Shown: in pieces, positions 38,403-48,169 of the stretch
How the letters are laid out: every line of letters begins with the position of its first letter
Numbering within the stretch: the stretch's first letter is position 1
IMG/VR virus record: IMGVR_UViG_3300025131_005133
Location: 1 to 52,392 of that record
Length of the DNA: 52,392 bases
Origin: a virus
Taxonomy: Duplodnaviria; Caudoviricetes
Reading direction: 5' to 3' (one strand)
Program-made: the position numbers and the translations under genes
Notes under the pieces: model-generated
Database searches by the model: none
What the model was told of the DNA's origin: nothing
Seen by the model: only the letters and a program-made list of their open reading frames with translations

Positions 38403-39342
38403 AGACAAAAAAATACTTATAATTGGTGGAACTGGTGCTTTGGGTAAAACACTGGTCAAAAGATATCATAAACATAATGAAATAATTGTGTTGTCGAGAG
38501 ATGAACATAAACATTATTTTTTAAAAAAAGATTATCCAGATATACATTCTATAATTGGTGATGTCAAAGATAAAGATTCTATAAAAAATTCACTATTAAG
38601 ATTCAAACCTCATATTGTCATCAACGCTGCAGCGTTAAAGCATGTACCAATCTGTGAAGATGACCCATTTGAAAGTGTAAAAACTAACATAATCGGACAT
38701 CAGAATATAATAGAGTCCGTAAATGAAGTTGGTGATGTTGAAACATTGATATTTGTGTCCACTGACAAGGCATGTAACCCTATAAATGTTTATGGTATGT
38801 GTAAGTCTATCTCTGAAAGATTATATGTTGAATATGCTAAACAACGAGATACACCTAAAGTTGTACTAGTTAGGTATGGGAATGTTCTTGAATCTACCGG
38901 TTCTGTAATTCCATTCTTTAAGAGTTTGTTAAAAAATGATTGTAATCATTTACCTATAACTCACTTTGGTATGACTAGATTTTTGTTAACTTTAGAACAA
39001 GCAACAGAATTAATTGATTGGGCTTATAAGTTTGAGGGTTCACATGGTAAAATTGCAGTACCAAAAGTAAAGTCATTAAAGGTAACTGATGTCGCAAATG
39101 TGTTAAAAGAATTTTATGGCAAAGTGAAAGATGTTGATTTAAAAGAAATTGGTATAAGACCTGGTGAAAAACTACACGAAGAGATGATTTCAAAGGAAGA
39201 ATGGATGAGAACCGAAGAACACGAGAATTTTTTAATTGGTACTGAACATTTACGAGATGAACAGAAGTCTTATAATTCATTTGACTCACTAATGAGTAGT
39301 TCAGAAGCTTATAAATTTTTAGAAAAATCAGGAGTTGTATGA
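38395..39342 (+). CDS. UDP-GlcNAc 4,6-dehydratase (PseB/FnlA-like)
   Basis: GGTGALG, SRDE.K, AAALKHVP, STDKA, YGMCK, RYGNV, RPGEKLHE. Confidence 0.88.
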   Translation: MIKDKKILIIGGTGALGKTLVKRYHKHNEIIVLSRDEHKHYFLKKDYPDIHSIIGDVKDKDSIKNSLLRFKPHIVINAAALKHVPICEDDPFESVKTNIIGHQNIIESVNEVGDVETLIFVSTDKACNPINVYGMCKSISERLYVEYAKQRDTPKVVLVRYGNVLESTGSVIPFFKSLLKNDCNHLPITHFGMTRFLLTLEQATELIDWAYKFEGSHGKIAVPKVKSLKVTDVANVLKEFYGKVKDVDLKEIGIRPGEKLHEEMISKEEWMRTEEHENFLIGTEHLRDEQKSYNSFDSLMSSSEAYKFLEKSGVV

Positions 39343-40583
39343 TGTTTGATTACCGAAAGAGATATGAATGTGCTGTATGTAATCACACTATTTTACATGA
39401 AGTACTTGATTTGGATGAAGTTCCATTGGCAGGTTATTTTCCTACAGTAAATCAACTAAACGATGAAAGTGCATATCCACTAAAGTTGTTATTTTGTGAT
39501 GATTGTAAATTGGTTCAGACAGATTCTGTCATAGACCCAGACATCCTATTTAAAGATTACAGATATCTATCATCCGTGGGATTGGCAAATCATTTTAATG
39601 AACTTGCTCAAATTTTAGATGACAAATTTCAAATAAAAGACAAAAAAATATTAGAGATAGGCTGTAATGATGGTGTTCTTTTAGAACCATTGACTAAACT
39701 TGATGCTGATGTGATTGGTGTTGACCCCGCATCAAATATTGTTAAGTTGGCTCGTGACAGAGGGTTAAATGTTATTGAAGATTATTTCAATTATGAGAAT
39801 TTTAAAGGTGATGAGCATAAAAATAGATATGATTTGGTGTTGGCTAATAATTCATTTGCTCACATAACTGATATCAAAAGTGTTGTAAAGGGTGTCAATC
39901 ATATTCTAAAACCCAATGGCCATTTTGTGTTTGAAGTACATTATTTAAATAGTTTAGTAAGTGAGAATCAATGGGACAATATATATCACGAACACATTTA
40001 TTATTATTCAATATCAGCATTGAATAACTTTTTTACAAGATATGGAATGACTATAGTTGATTTTGAAGAGATACCAATTCATGCCGGCTCTATAAGGGTT
40101 ACCGTATTGAACGACAACATTAGTACTCCACAAAAAATTATAGATAGGTTAATTGGTGAATCTGATACCATAGGTGATTCTAATTATATGTCAGGCTTTA
40201 CAGAGAAAGTCAAAAATCACATCAACGATTTTAACAAGGAAATCAAAAAATTAAGTAAGGATTATAAGATTGCTGGTTATGGTGCATCTGGTAGAGCAAA
40301 TATGTTTTGTAACCTCACCGGTTTAGATGAGAATGTAGTTCAATTTATAGTTGATGAATCTCCTGAAAGATGTGGTAGATACATTGCTAACACCAAAATA
40401 CCAATTGTAGATGTAGATACATTGAAGAATAGTGATGTTGATTTGTTGATAATATTTGCTTGGAATTATTCAAAGATGATAATTGAAAAAACTCAATTTA
40501 AAAAATATTCTTATTTAGTTGCATTTCCTGAGGTCCAATTAGTTGATTCATATGATGATTTAGAAGGTTTTGAGTCAATATGA
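39339..40583 (+). CDS. NDP-hexose C-methyltransferase
   Basis: CAVC/CDDC Zn site, EIGCNDG, IYHEHIYY, HAGSIR, GYGASGR, FAWNY. Confidence 0.88.
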   Translation: MMFDYRKRYECAVCNHTILHEVLDLDEVPLAGYFPTVNQLNDESAYPLKLLFCDDCKLVQTDSVIDPDILFKDYRYLSSVGLANHFNELAQILDDKFQIKDKKILEIGCNDGVLLEPLTKLDADVIGVDPASNIVKLARDRGLNVIEDYFNYENFKGDEHKNRYDLVLANNSFAHITDIKSVVKGVNHILKPNGHFVFEVHYLNSLVSENQWDNIYHEHIYYYSISALNNFFTRYGMTIVDFEEIPIHAGSIRVTVLNDNISTPQKIIDRLIGESDTIGDSNYMSGFTEKVKNHINDFNKEIKKLSKDYKIAGYGASGRANMFCNLTGLDENVVQFIVDESPERCGRYIANTKIPIVDVDTLKNSDVDLLIIFAWNYSKMIIEKTQFKKYSYLVAFPEVQLVDSYDDLEGFESI

Positions 40584-41425
40584 TAATAAAAGGTGAAAAA
40601 TATTTGGTAACTGGTGGAACTGGTGTTGTAGGTTATGAGTTATGTAATAGAATACTTAAAATGGACGGTGAAGTATTAGTCTTATCTCGTACTGAAGAAA
40701 AGTTAAAAAAGTTACAAGAAAAATATAAAGAAATAGAAATATTAGTTGGTGACATACTTGATAAAGAATGTGTCAAAAAAGCTATGAAAGATGTCAGAGG
40801 AGTATTCCATCTCGCCGCATTCACACAAGGCATGCAATCAGGTAAACCAACTGAATCTATCAATACAAACATTCTTGGTTCTATGAATGTTCTAGATAAG
40901 TCCTCAGGAAAAGATTTTGTGTTGGGAGTTAGTTCTGATAAAGTAGTACAAGTTTCAGGTAATTATGGAGCTACAAAATTTTTGATGGAGAGATTATTTA
41001 CTGAGTTTGAAGAAATTAATTCAGACACAAAATATAGAGTTGTTAGATTAGGAAATGTAATTTATTCTGTAGATTCTGTTTTAGAAAAATGGAAAAGTAG
41101 AATCGAGAATGATGAAGAGATTATTATCACAGACCCTAAAGCTACAAGATTTTTTATGACAAAAGAACAATCTGTTGATATGATTTTTAATTGTTTAGAA
41201 AATTCAACTGATTCAACACCATATTTTGAAAATATAAAATCAACATCTATGAGAAGTTTATTGGAAGCTATGTCTAATAAGTATTTACCAGTGGGCAGTG
41301 AACTGTCGGTAAAAGAAATAGGATTACAGCCAAATGAGAATTTACACGAAAGGATTGTCGAAGATGGTCCGTACACAAATGAAATAGAACAATATACTGT
41401 TGAGGAATTAGAGGAGATGATATGA
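40580..41425 (+). CDS. Second PseB/CapD-like NDP-sugar dehydratase/epimerase
   Basis: TGGTGVVG, HLAA, SSDK, YGATK, RLGNV, TRFF, ENLHE. Confidence 0.82.
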   Translation: MIIKGEKYLVTGGTGVVGYELCNRILKMDGEVLVLSRTEEKLKKLQEKYKEIEILVGDILDKECVKKAMKDVRGVFHLAAFTQGMQSGKPTESINTNILGSMNVLDKSSGKDFVLGVSSDKVVQVSGNYGATKFLMERLFTEFEEINSDTKYRVVRLGNVIYSVDSVLEKWKSRIENDEEIIITDPKATRFFMTKEQSVDMIFNCLENSTDSTPYFENIKSTSMRSLLEAMSNKYLPVGSELSVKEIGLQPNENLHERIVEDGPYTNEIEQYTVEELEEMI

Positions 41426-42402
41426 TTGTAGATTGTAATCCTGAATTTGGTATAGAACTGGCTCTCGCTGTACCATATGCTTACTGGCTCTATGAAAATG
41501 GAATGTTAGAAAAGGTGATGACAAGTAAAGGTATGAAACCTTTTTATTACTTTTGTGATGATGTAGAAGAAAAATATGATTATAGAACAATTGACAATGA
41601 AGCAGCTGGATTAAATTCTTTACCAAATAGTTGGATTTATGGTATGAAGGAAAATGCAGAATTATATAAAGATGAATGGGAACACTGGAAATCATTCAGA
41701 GATGTCGATAGGGGGTGTGGAATATTAGATTATAGAGAATGGAAAATGCCAAACTATAGAAAACATTTTAAAAACGATAAATTTATTTTCGAAAAACCAT
41801 TTGTTGTTATTGCTAACAGATATAATTGGGAACATGGTGGACCCCCTGTTGGTCATTTCAACATTAAATGTTTATATGAAATGTTTAATTATTTAACAGA
41901 AAGTGGTTATACTGTCATTTATAAAAGACCTAAAAATACAGAATTTCCATTAGACCAAAACGAGATGAATACATTACAAAATCAAGAAAACATTACAGAT
42001 AGTGTTGAAGGTGTAGGTTTAATTTCAGATTATGATTTAACAAAATACTATGATGATGTCATACTATTTGATGATATTTTGTCAGATACAGATAGTTACA
42101 CTTACAATGAACTTCAGTTGAGTTTGTTTGCAAACTCACAAGGATTTATAGGGATAAGTGGTGGTTCAACATTGTTGTTAAATTTATTCCAATTACCAAC
42201 TGTAACATATCTTTACAATTCTTCAGATTTGAGAGATAAGTTTTGGGAGAATGAAGATAGAATTAAAAACATAAAAAATTATTATTATATGATGAATCCA
42301 AATACAATTCCATTTATAGATGAAGGTTGCAAAAAAATGAAAAATAACAATCACAAAGAATTTTTAAATAAAATCAAGGAGATTTTTAATGAAACCAATT
42401 AG
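41422..42402 (+). CDS. Hypothetical protein, possible GT-B glycosyltransferase
   Basis: EFGIEL..VPYAYW, FIGISGG; island context. Confidence 0.45.
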   Translation: MIVDCNPEFGIELALAVPYAYWLYENGMLEKVMTSKGMKPFYYFCDDVEEKYDYRTIDNEAAGLNSLPNSWIYGMKENAELYKDEWEHWKSFRDVDRGCGILDYREWKMPNYRKHFKNDKFIFEKPFVVIANRYNWEHGGPPVGHFNIKCLYEMFNYLTESGYTVIYKRPKNTEFPLDQNEMNTLQNQENITDSVEGVGLISDYDLTKYYDDVILFDDILSDTDSYTYNELQLSLFANSQGFIGISGGSTLLLNLFQLPTVTYLYNSSDLRDKFWENEDRIKNIKNYYYMMNPNTIPFIDEGCKKMKNNNHKEFLNKIKEIFNETN

Positions 42403-43588
42403 TTTTATACAACCAAGTAGAAACAATCTAAAATACCTACAATGGTCTTACAATTCTATCAGAAAGAATCTTGGATATTTTCACGAAATATGTATGGCTG
42501 ATGATTTCTCAAACGATGGAACTTGGGAGTGGTTACAAGAGATTAGTAAGACAGACCCAAATGTTAAGATACACAGAAACGAAGGTCCAACAAGATTAGG
42601 ACATACAATCCTATATGATACATTAATTAATGATTATGCTACCAATGATATTGTTATGATATATCACGCTGATATGTATGCACTACCAGGACTTGATACG
42701 GAAGTAGACAAATACATCAAACCAGGTGTAGTAGTTAGTGGCACAAGAATAGAACCACCACTACATCCAGATGGACCAGAAAAGATATTAGCTGACTATG
42801 GGATAGAACCTGAAGAATTTGATGAACGACAACTGTTGAGAGATTTAGATAAGTTTAGAGATTTCAATAAAACAACAGAAGGTATCTTTGCTCCTTGGGC
42901 TATATATAAATCAGACTTCCAAAAGATTGGTGGACACGACCCATTATACGCTCCACAATCAAAAGAAGATTCAGATATATTTAATAGGTTTGTATTAGCT
43001 GGATATAAGTTAGTTCAGACTTGGAGTGGTTTTGTATATCATATGACTTGTCGTGGTAGTAGATTCGCTGATGGTGCTAAACGGAATCCAACTGGTGAAG
43101 TATTTATGAAGAATAGAGAGACAGATGAGTGGTTAAAACAAAATGAAAGAAGTACTCGTAACTTTATTCGTAAGTGGAGACATTTTGTTAAACACGATAC
43201 TTTAATGAAACCAATTATACCACCAAAATATGATATAGGATTTGTTGTTAAGAACTGTTCATATGAAATGTTATATGAATTAGAACCTTGGTGTTCTACA
43301 ATCTATGTGAGTCCAGAACATATAGCTGGTTATATTGGTATGGAACAAGACAATACTTTATTCAACCTAAAGGATAGAGTGAAGTATAATAGCGACGAAG
43401 TAACCAATGATATAGTGGTTGAGTTTGATAATAGAGAGTTTACACCAGAACAATTTAATTATATCGCCCAACTATCAGAAATACTGAAAGATAGTGGTGT
43501 GGTGGGTGAGATGGAATTGGGAGTATTTAAAATAACAATAAATAGTTTAGAAACTTATGAAAAGGACTTGATTAGATGTACGCATTAG
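42389..43588 (+). CDS. GT2-family glycosyltransferase
   Basis: ISFIQPSRN, ADDFSNDGT, HADM, GGHD, KEDSD. Confidence 0.88.
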   Translation: MKPISFIQPSRNNLKYLQWSYNSIRKNLGYFHEICMADDFSNDGTWEWLQEISKTDPNVKIHRNEGPTRLGHTILYDTLINDYATNDIVMIYHADMYALPGLDTEVDKYIKPGVVVSGTRIEPPLHPDGPEKILADYGIEPEEFDERQLLRDLDKFRDFNKTTEGIFAPWAIYKSDFQKIGGHDPLYAPQSKEDSDIFNRFVLAGYKLVQTWSGFVYHMTCRGSRFADGAKRNPTGEVFMKNRETDEWLKQNERSTRNFIRKWRHFVKHDTLMKPIIPPKYDIGFVVKNCSYEMLYELEPWCSTIYVSPEHIAGYIGMEQDNTLFNLKDRVKYNSDEVTNDIVVEFDNREFTPEQFNYIAQLSEILKDSGVVGEMELGVFKITINSLETYEKDLIRCTH

Positions 43589-44499
43589 TAACTGGCGGAG
43601 CTGGATTTATAGGTAGTAATCTTATAGATAGATTAATTAAAGATGGTCACGATGTAGTTTCAATAGACGACTACAGTAGTGGTAAAAGAAGTAATGAGTT
43701 AGATGGGTGTTTATATATAAGTGCTGATATACAAGATATAGAATTTTGGGGAAGAAGATTAGAAAAAATGGATAAGATACCAGATGTGATATTTCACTTA
43801 GCAGCTAAAGCAAGGGTTCAACCATCAATAGAAAATCCGATTGAATTTCATAACACCAATGTGAATGGTACATTAAATCTATTAAATGCGTGTGTAAAAT
43901 ATGGAGTGAAACGATTTGTATTTAGTTCATCATCATCGGTTTATGGTAATGTAGAAACAACACCTACACCAGAAGAACATATACTAAATCCACTTAGTCC
44001 ATATGCATTGCAAAAATTAATTGGAGAACAATATTGTAAATTATATTCAGAACTATATGGTTTAGAAACTGTGTGTTTAAGATATTTTAATGTATATGGT
44101 AAAAGACAATTACTTGAAGGTGCTTATTGTTTGGTGATGGGTGTATTTGCACAACAATTATTGGAAGGTAAACCAATGACAATTAATGGTGATGGGGAAC
44201 AAAGAAGAGATTTTACCTATGTTGGTGATGTTGTTGATGCAAATATAAAAGCTGGATTCAATGTAAAAATACCAATTTTCAAGTGTAGTGGTGATATTTT
44301 TAATATTGGAAATGGTGACAATAGGTCAGTTAATCAGATAGCTGATTTGATGGGTGAAGATAGAGTTAATGTAAGTCCTGTTATAGAACCAAAAGAAACA
44401 TTAGCTGACAATGACAAAGCATATAGAGTGTTGGGTTGGAAACCGACAATGAAAATAGAAGATTGGATGACAAAATATAAAGAGGAACTTGGTTTATGA
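43576..44499 (+). CDS. NAD-dependent sugar epimerase (GalE/WbpP-like)
   Basis: TGGAGFIGS, HLAA, SSSSVYG, YALQK, LRYFNVYG, RDFTYV. Confidence 0.9.
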   Translation: MYALVTGGAGFIGSNLIDRLIKDGHDVVSIDDYSSGKRSNELDGCLYISADIQDIEFWGRRLEKMDKIPDVIFHLAAKARVQPSIENPIEFHNTNVNGTLNLLNACVKYGVKRFVFSSSSSVYGNVETTPTPEEHILNPLSPYALQKLIGEQYCKLYSELYGLETVCLRYFNVYGKRQLLEGAYCLVMGVFAQQLLEGKPMTINGDGEQRRDFTYVGDVVDANIKAGFNVKIPIFKCSGDIFNIGNGDNRSVNQIADLMGEDRVNVSPVIEPKETLADNDKAYRVLGWKPTMKIEDWMTKYKEELGL

Positions 44500-45347
44500 A
44501 AATAGGAATAGTAGGAAATGGATTTGTAGGTTCATCAGTAGCCTTTGGATTTTCACCACAAACTGGTTGTGATGCTACAGTAAAAATATATGATAAAGAT
44601 GAACTAAAATCTACACATTCATTATCAGATGTGTTAAATACAAGTGATTACATATTTGTATCAGTACCAACACCATCTAATCCAGATGGTTCAATAAGTT
44701 TAAATATTATATATGATATATTTGATGAGATTGATTTTTTAAATAATAGAACAGATAATGTTATATTATTAAGGTCTACTGTTGTTCCAGGAACGACACG
44801 AAAGTTAAAGACACGGTATCCAAAACTTAACATTGTATTTAATCCAGAGTTTTTAACTGAACGGTCTGCTAAGTTTGACTTCATAAATCAATCAAGATTT
44901 ATATTAGGAGGAAATAAACGAAATACTGATAAAGTAGCTCTTTTATTTAAAGAACGATTTGGAGAAAGTATTCCGGTAATTCAAACAAATTATGAAACGG
45001 CTGAAATGATAAAATATATGAATAATTGTTTCTTTGCGACAAAAGTATCATTTCTTAATGAAATGTACCAAATAGCAAATGAATGTGGAGTAGATTGGGA
45101 TACAGCAATCGAAGGTTTTGTTCGTGATGGTAGAGTGGGCCATACACATCTATCAGTACCTGGTCCAGACGGTAAGTTTGGTTTTGGGGGTAGTTGTTTT
45201 CCAAAGGATATGAGAGCTATGATTTCATTCGCTAAACAATTAGATGTTGAACCGGATGTATTAAATGGTGTGTGGGAAACTAACTTAAAGGTAAGACCAG
45301 AACAAGATTGGAAAGAGTTAATGGGTAGAGCAGTAACAGATGAATAA
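44496..45347 (+). CDS. UDP-glucose/GDP-mannose 6-dehydrogenase family (short form)
   Basis: GNGFVG, SVPTP, RSTVVPG, FNPEFL, K...N, GFGGSCFPKD. Confidence 0.9.
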   Translation: MKIGIVGNGFVGSSVAFGFSPQTGCDATVKIYDKDELKSTHSLSDVLNTSDYIFVSVPTPSNPDGSISLNIIYDIFDEIDFLNNRTDNVILLRSTVVPGTTRKLKTRYPKLNIVFNPEFLTERSAKFDFINQSRFILGGNKRNTDKVALLFKERFGESIPVIQTNYETAEMIKYMNNCFFATKVSFLNEMYQIANECGVDWDTAIEGFVRDGRVGHTHLSVPGPDGKFGFGGSCFPKDMRAMISFAKQLDVEPDVLNGVWETNLKVRPEQDWKELMGRAVTDE

Positions 45348-45355
45348 AAAAACAC

Positions 45356-45385
45356 TTGACTTATATAGTAAAATAGTTGTATATT
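45356..45385 (+). promoter_or_regulatory. Promoter TTGACT-N18-TATATT
   Basis: Repeated intergenic motif with A-tract upstream and RBS downstream. Confidence 0.8.
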
Positions 45386-45409
45386 ATAGTAATATGGAGA
45401 TAGTAAAAA

Positions 45410-45538
45410 ATGCCTAATATAAATCCTAACGATTGGGATAAATATGGTGAGCGTGACGACAAAAAGCGAGACAAACGACAAAAGAAACGTAAACGAAATA
45501 AAGAAAACAAGAAACGACAAAGGAAAGAAAAATGGTAA
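45410..45538 (+). CDS. Small highly basic protein (42 aa)
   Basis: MPNINPNDWDKYGERDDKKRDKRQKKRKRNKENKKRQRKEKW*; GGAG RBS; first ORF after the promoter. Confidence 0.7.
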   Translation: MPNINPNDWDKYGERDDKKRDKRQKKRKRNKENKKRQRKEKW

Positions 45539-45972
45539 GAAACATCATTTTATGTATATTTATATATATACTATGTGTTGGTTGTGAAACATCTAATACA
45601 ATGTTAATGTCATGTGAAGATTGTTATTTAGATATTTCAGCACCGAGTTTAGAACAAGATAACAATGGTTATTATCATATGGAGTGGTTAGATGGTTATG
45701 TTCAGACATTTTCAACATTGGACGCTGAAACAGGCCTTGACTATCAAAAGGTTTATTGGACAACCAACAGAGAGGTAAACATCCAACATTATGGTCAAGA
45801 CAATTGGATAGATTTAGTAAATTCAAGTAGTTACACAGATGATGAAGGTGTAGCACATACGGTACTTGCAGTTTGGGAAGAGTTTATAGGAGATACAATA
45901 AAAGTTTATAGTGGATACACAAACAATTGTGATATCTTATATGTAGATTCATTGGGGGTTATAATAGAATGA
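45532..45972 (+). CDS. Putative lipoprotein
   Basis: MVRNIILCIFIYILCVGC signal/lipobox; beta-rich acidic mature region. Confidence 0.7.
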   Translation: MVRNIILCIFIYILCVGCETSNTMLMSCEDCYLDISAPSLEQDNNGYYHMEWLDGYVQTFSTLDAETGLDYQKVYWTTNREVNIQHYGQDNWIDLVNSSSYTDDEGVAHTVLAVWEEFIGDTIKVYSGYTNNCDILYVDSLGVIIE

Positions 45973-46148
45973 AATATAGAAACAAAAATGGAATTGAATT
46001 GAATTACATAGGTGATGATGTTCAGACTAAATTGGTAAAAGAAGTTATATCAGAAGCTTTAACATTGTTAGATAACAGATTCTATCCTGATTGTAAAGAA
46101 TTTCTAAGAGAAAATTTTGATATAGGAGATGAATACAATGACAGATAA
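45969..46148 (+). CDS. Small hypothetical protein (59 aa)
   Basis: MKYRNKNGIELNYIGDD...EYNDR*; ATGA overlap with the upstream gene. Confidence 0.6.
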   Translation: MKYRNKNGIELNYIGDDVQTKLVKEVISEALTLLDNRFYPDCKEFLRENFDIGDEYNDR

Positions 46149-46338
46149 ATTGGGAACATATATAACTAGACTTATGACAACGATTCTTGATTTTAAAGAA
46201 GACGAGTTTGTTAGAGATTTGGCTATGAGTGAATTGAAAAGATTAAATGTTGATATTGAAGAATTTATAAGAAAACAATATCAAGAAGATGAAGAAGAAA
46301 CAAAAACAGAAAAAACCTTATTACAGGAGGACAAATAA
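46129..46338 (+). CDS. Hypothetical protein
   Basis: ORF with AGGAG RBS (start may be 46138). Confidence 0.65.
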   Translation: MNTMTDKLGTYITRLMTTILDFKEDEFVRDLAMSELKRLNVDIEEFIRKQYQEDEEETKTEKTLLQEDK

Positions 46339-46505
46339 TGTCACAAATAAGTAAAGAAGGTTATGAGCAAATACTCGTAATCAAAAACGCATTAGATTCA
46401 ATGTATGATAAGTTAGAAGCAAGTGGTGAATTTTCAAATGTTCAAGATGAATTTGAAGCAATCGCGGGTATTGTAGAACTCGCGGGAACTTGGGCGGAGG
46501 TGTAA
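46338..46505 (+). CDS. Small hypothetical protein (55 aa)
   Basis: AGGAGG RBS; MSQISKEGYEQ...GTWAEV*. Confidence 0.7.
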   Translation: MSQISKEGYEQILVIKNALDSMYDKLEASGEFSNVQDEFEAIAGIVELAGTWAEV

Positions 46506-46506
46506 G

Positions 46507-46737
46507 ATGCCTATAAATGACCAAGTAAATGATAGATATAATCCACCGGGAAATTTAAGTGATGATTTTGAAGAGTTTAAATTTTCAGAACTTGAAGTAG
46601 ATGAATTGTTTTGGCAATCAAATCAACCGGGTGATAACATACCTTGGCGTAAAATAAATCAGACACAAGCACTGAATATCAAAGCACAAACGACTCACAA
46701 TTTTAACATCCGTACTGTAGTTTGGCAAAAGACATAA
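46507..46737 (+). CDS. Hypothetical protein
   Basis: GGAGG RBS, 76 aa. Confidence 0.65.
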   Translation: MPINDQVNDRYNPPGNLSDDFEEFKFSELEVDELFWQSNQPGDNIPWRKINQTQALNIKAQTTHNFNIRTVVWQKT

Positions 46738-46740
46738 CTT

Positions 46741-47274
46741 GTGGAAGATGACAACAAACCATTAGAACGAGCTTCTGAAAAACCATTACATATTCCTGGA
46801 AGGAGAAAGGTACTTACCAAGAATATGATATTAGATGCACAGAAGAACACATTGTCAAATATGGAAGCGGCTCGTTGGTTAGAAGTCAATTATCAGACTT
46901 ACAAGAAATGGGCTAAACAATATGGTGTGTTTGAACAACACCTAAATCCAACAGGAGTGGGAATCAAGTCAAAAGGATGGGGTTCTTACAGAGTAAATGT
47001 TGAGGACATTGTGTTAGGAAAACGACAACCGCCAAAGAGATGGTCACATACAGTTGTAAAACAACAATTGGTTGAGAAAGGTTATTGGTTAGACGAATGT
47101 TCTGTGTGTGGATACAATGAGGTTAATATGAAAACAGATAAAGTTTGTCTTGGTATTGATTTCATTGATGACAATCATCAGAACTTTTTGTTAGAGAACA
47201 TACGATTGTTGTGTGCGAATTGTTATTTGTCATTTAATGGTATGTTTGAAAAGTCAAGAAGATTTTGTAAATAG
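46741..47274 (+). CDS. HTH plus degenerate HNH Zn-finger protein
   Basis: SNMEAARWLEVNYQTYKKWAK; CSVC...IDFIDDNHQN..LENIRLLCANCY. Confidence 0.7.
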   Translation: MEDDNKPLERASEKPLHIPGRRKVLTKNMILDAQKNTLSNMEAARWLEVNYQTYKKWAKQYGVFEQHLNPTGVGIKSKGWGSYRVNVEDIVLGKRQPPKRWSHTVVKQQLVEKGYWLDECSVCGYNEVNMKTDKVCLGIDFIDDNHQNFLLENIRLLCANCYLSFNGMFEKSRRFCK

Positions 47275-47284
47275 GAGAAGATAA

Positions 47285-47500
47285 ATGGCTACATTAGTAG
47301 ACTACAAACGAAGAAAACTAGAAGTAGGACAGAAGGTAAAAGTAGTAGAAAATATACCATCAGTTGATGGTATGTTATACGAAAATACCATTGTCAAGAT
47401 TAGTGAATACGATGAAACCAAAGAAACCATACGAGTTACAGATGGTCTTGGTAAGATATGGTGGATTAATCCATCAGCAGTAAGTGCGAGCTTCATATAA
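47285..47500 (+). CDS. Small SH3/KOW-like beta protein
   Basis: LEVGQKVKV...IRVTD..GKIWWI; AGGAG RBS. Confidence 0.6.
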   Translation: MATLVDYKRRKLEVGQKVKVVENIPSVDGMLYENTIVKISEYDETKETIRVTDGLGKIWWINPSAVSASFI

Positions 47501-47712
47501 TGAGTGAACTAACAAAAGAACAACAAGAATTACTAAAACGACTTACAGATGAAATGATGAACTTAGCTACATCAGTTATTGATGACTATGAAATGAATCC
47601 ATCAGAAATGAGTGGGTCAATTACACAAGTTCATATAAATAGTCCTGTGTTGAATGACGAAGAACCCACAGAAGACCAAGCAACAAAAGACAGAAAAAGA
47701 TGGGCTGGATAA
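47500..47712 (+). CDS. Hypothetical protein
   Basis: TAATG-coupled ORF. Confidence 0.6.
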   Translation: MSELTKEQQELLKRLTDEMMNLATSVIDDYEMNPSEMSGSITQVHINSPVLNDEEPTEDQATKDRKRWAG

Positions 47713-47721
47713 AGAAAATAC

Positions 47722-47751
47722 TTGACTTATATACCTAAAGTTTCGTATATT
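47722..47751 (+). promoter_or_regulatory. Promoter TTGACT-N18-TATATT
   Basis: Repeated motif; ATG 7 nt downstream with no RBS suggests a leaderless transcript. Confidence 0.78.
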
Positions 47752-47758
47752 TATATGT

Positions 47759-48169
47759 ATGTTAGTTAAAGAATTTATATCAGAAACCAATAAGAAGTTG
47801 ATGATTACCACTTTACTAAAACATTACAAAGTTGGTAGTGTTAAGGTAAAAGAGAAATCAATGAAAGACCACGCTCATTTCAATGTAGATACTGGTACAC
47901 TAGAGTTATCTACAAAATACAAGACAATCAAGCCAAGTCAGACTAAACAATTTCTCATAACGATAATCCACGAAATAAGACACGCGATGGATGCTAAAAA
48001 ACTAGGTTGGAAAAAGTTCAAGTTAGACTACGAGTGGGAAATGAATTATCAGGTTGGACAAGGTAAAGATAGATATGATGATAATAAGTATGAGATAGAA
48101 GCCGAAGAATTTGGAAGAAATAATTGGAAGAAGTGGCACACAAAATTCAAAAAAGAAGGGTTGATATAA
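47759..48169 (+). CDS. HExxH zincin-like metallopeptidase
   Basis: TIIHEIRHAMD...YEIEAE. Confidence 0.75.
   Translation: MLVKEFISETNKKLMITTLLKHYKVGSVKVKEKSMKDHAHFNVDTGTLELSTKYKTIKPSQTKQFLITIIHEIRHAMDAKKLGWKKFKLDYEWEMNYQVGQGKDRYDDNKYEIEAEEFGRNNWKKWHTKFKKEGLI

Noticed and set aside
17291-45347. Cellular O-antigen/capsule locus (window is a bacterial chromosome)
   Set aside because: No membrane export or polymerase genes; the island is translationally coupled to T4-like genes upstream and followed by phage early genes
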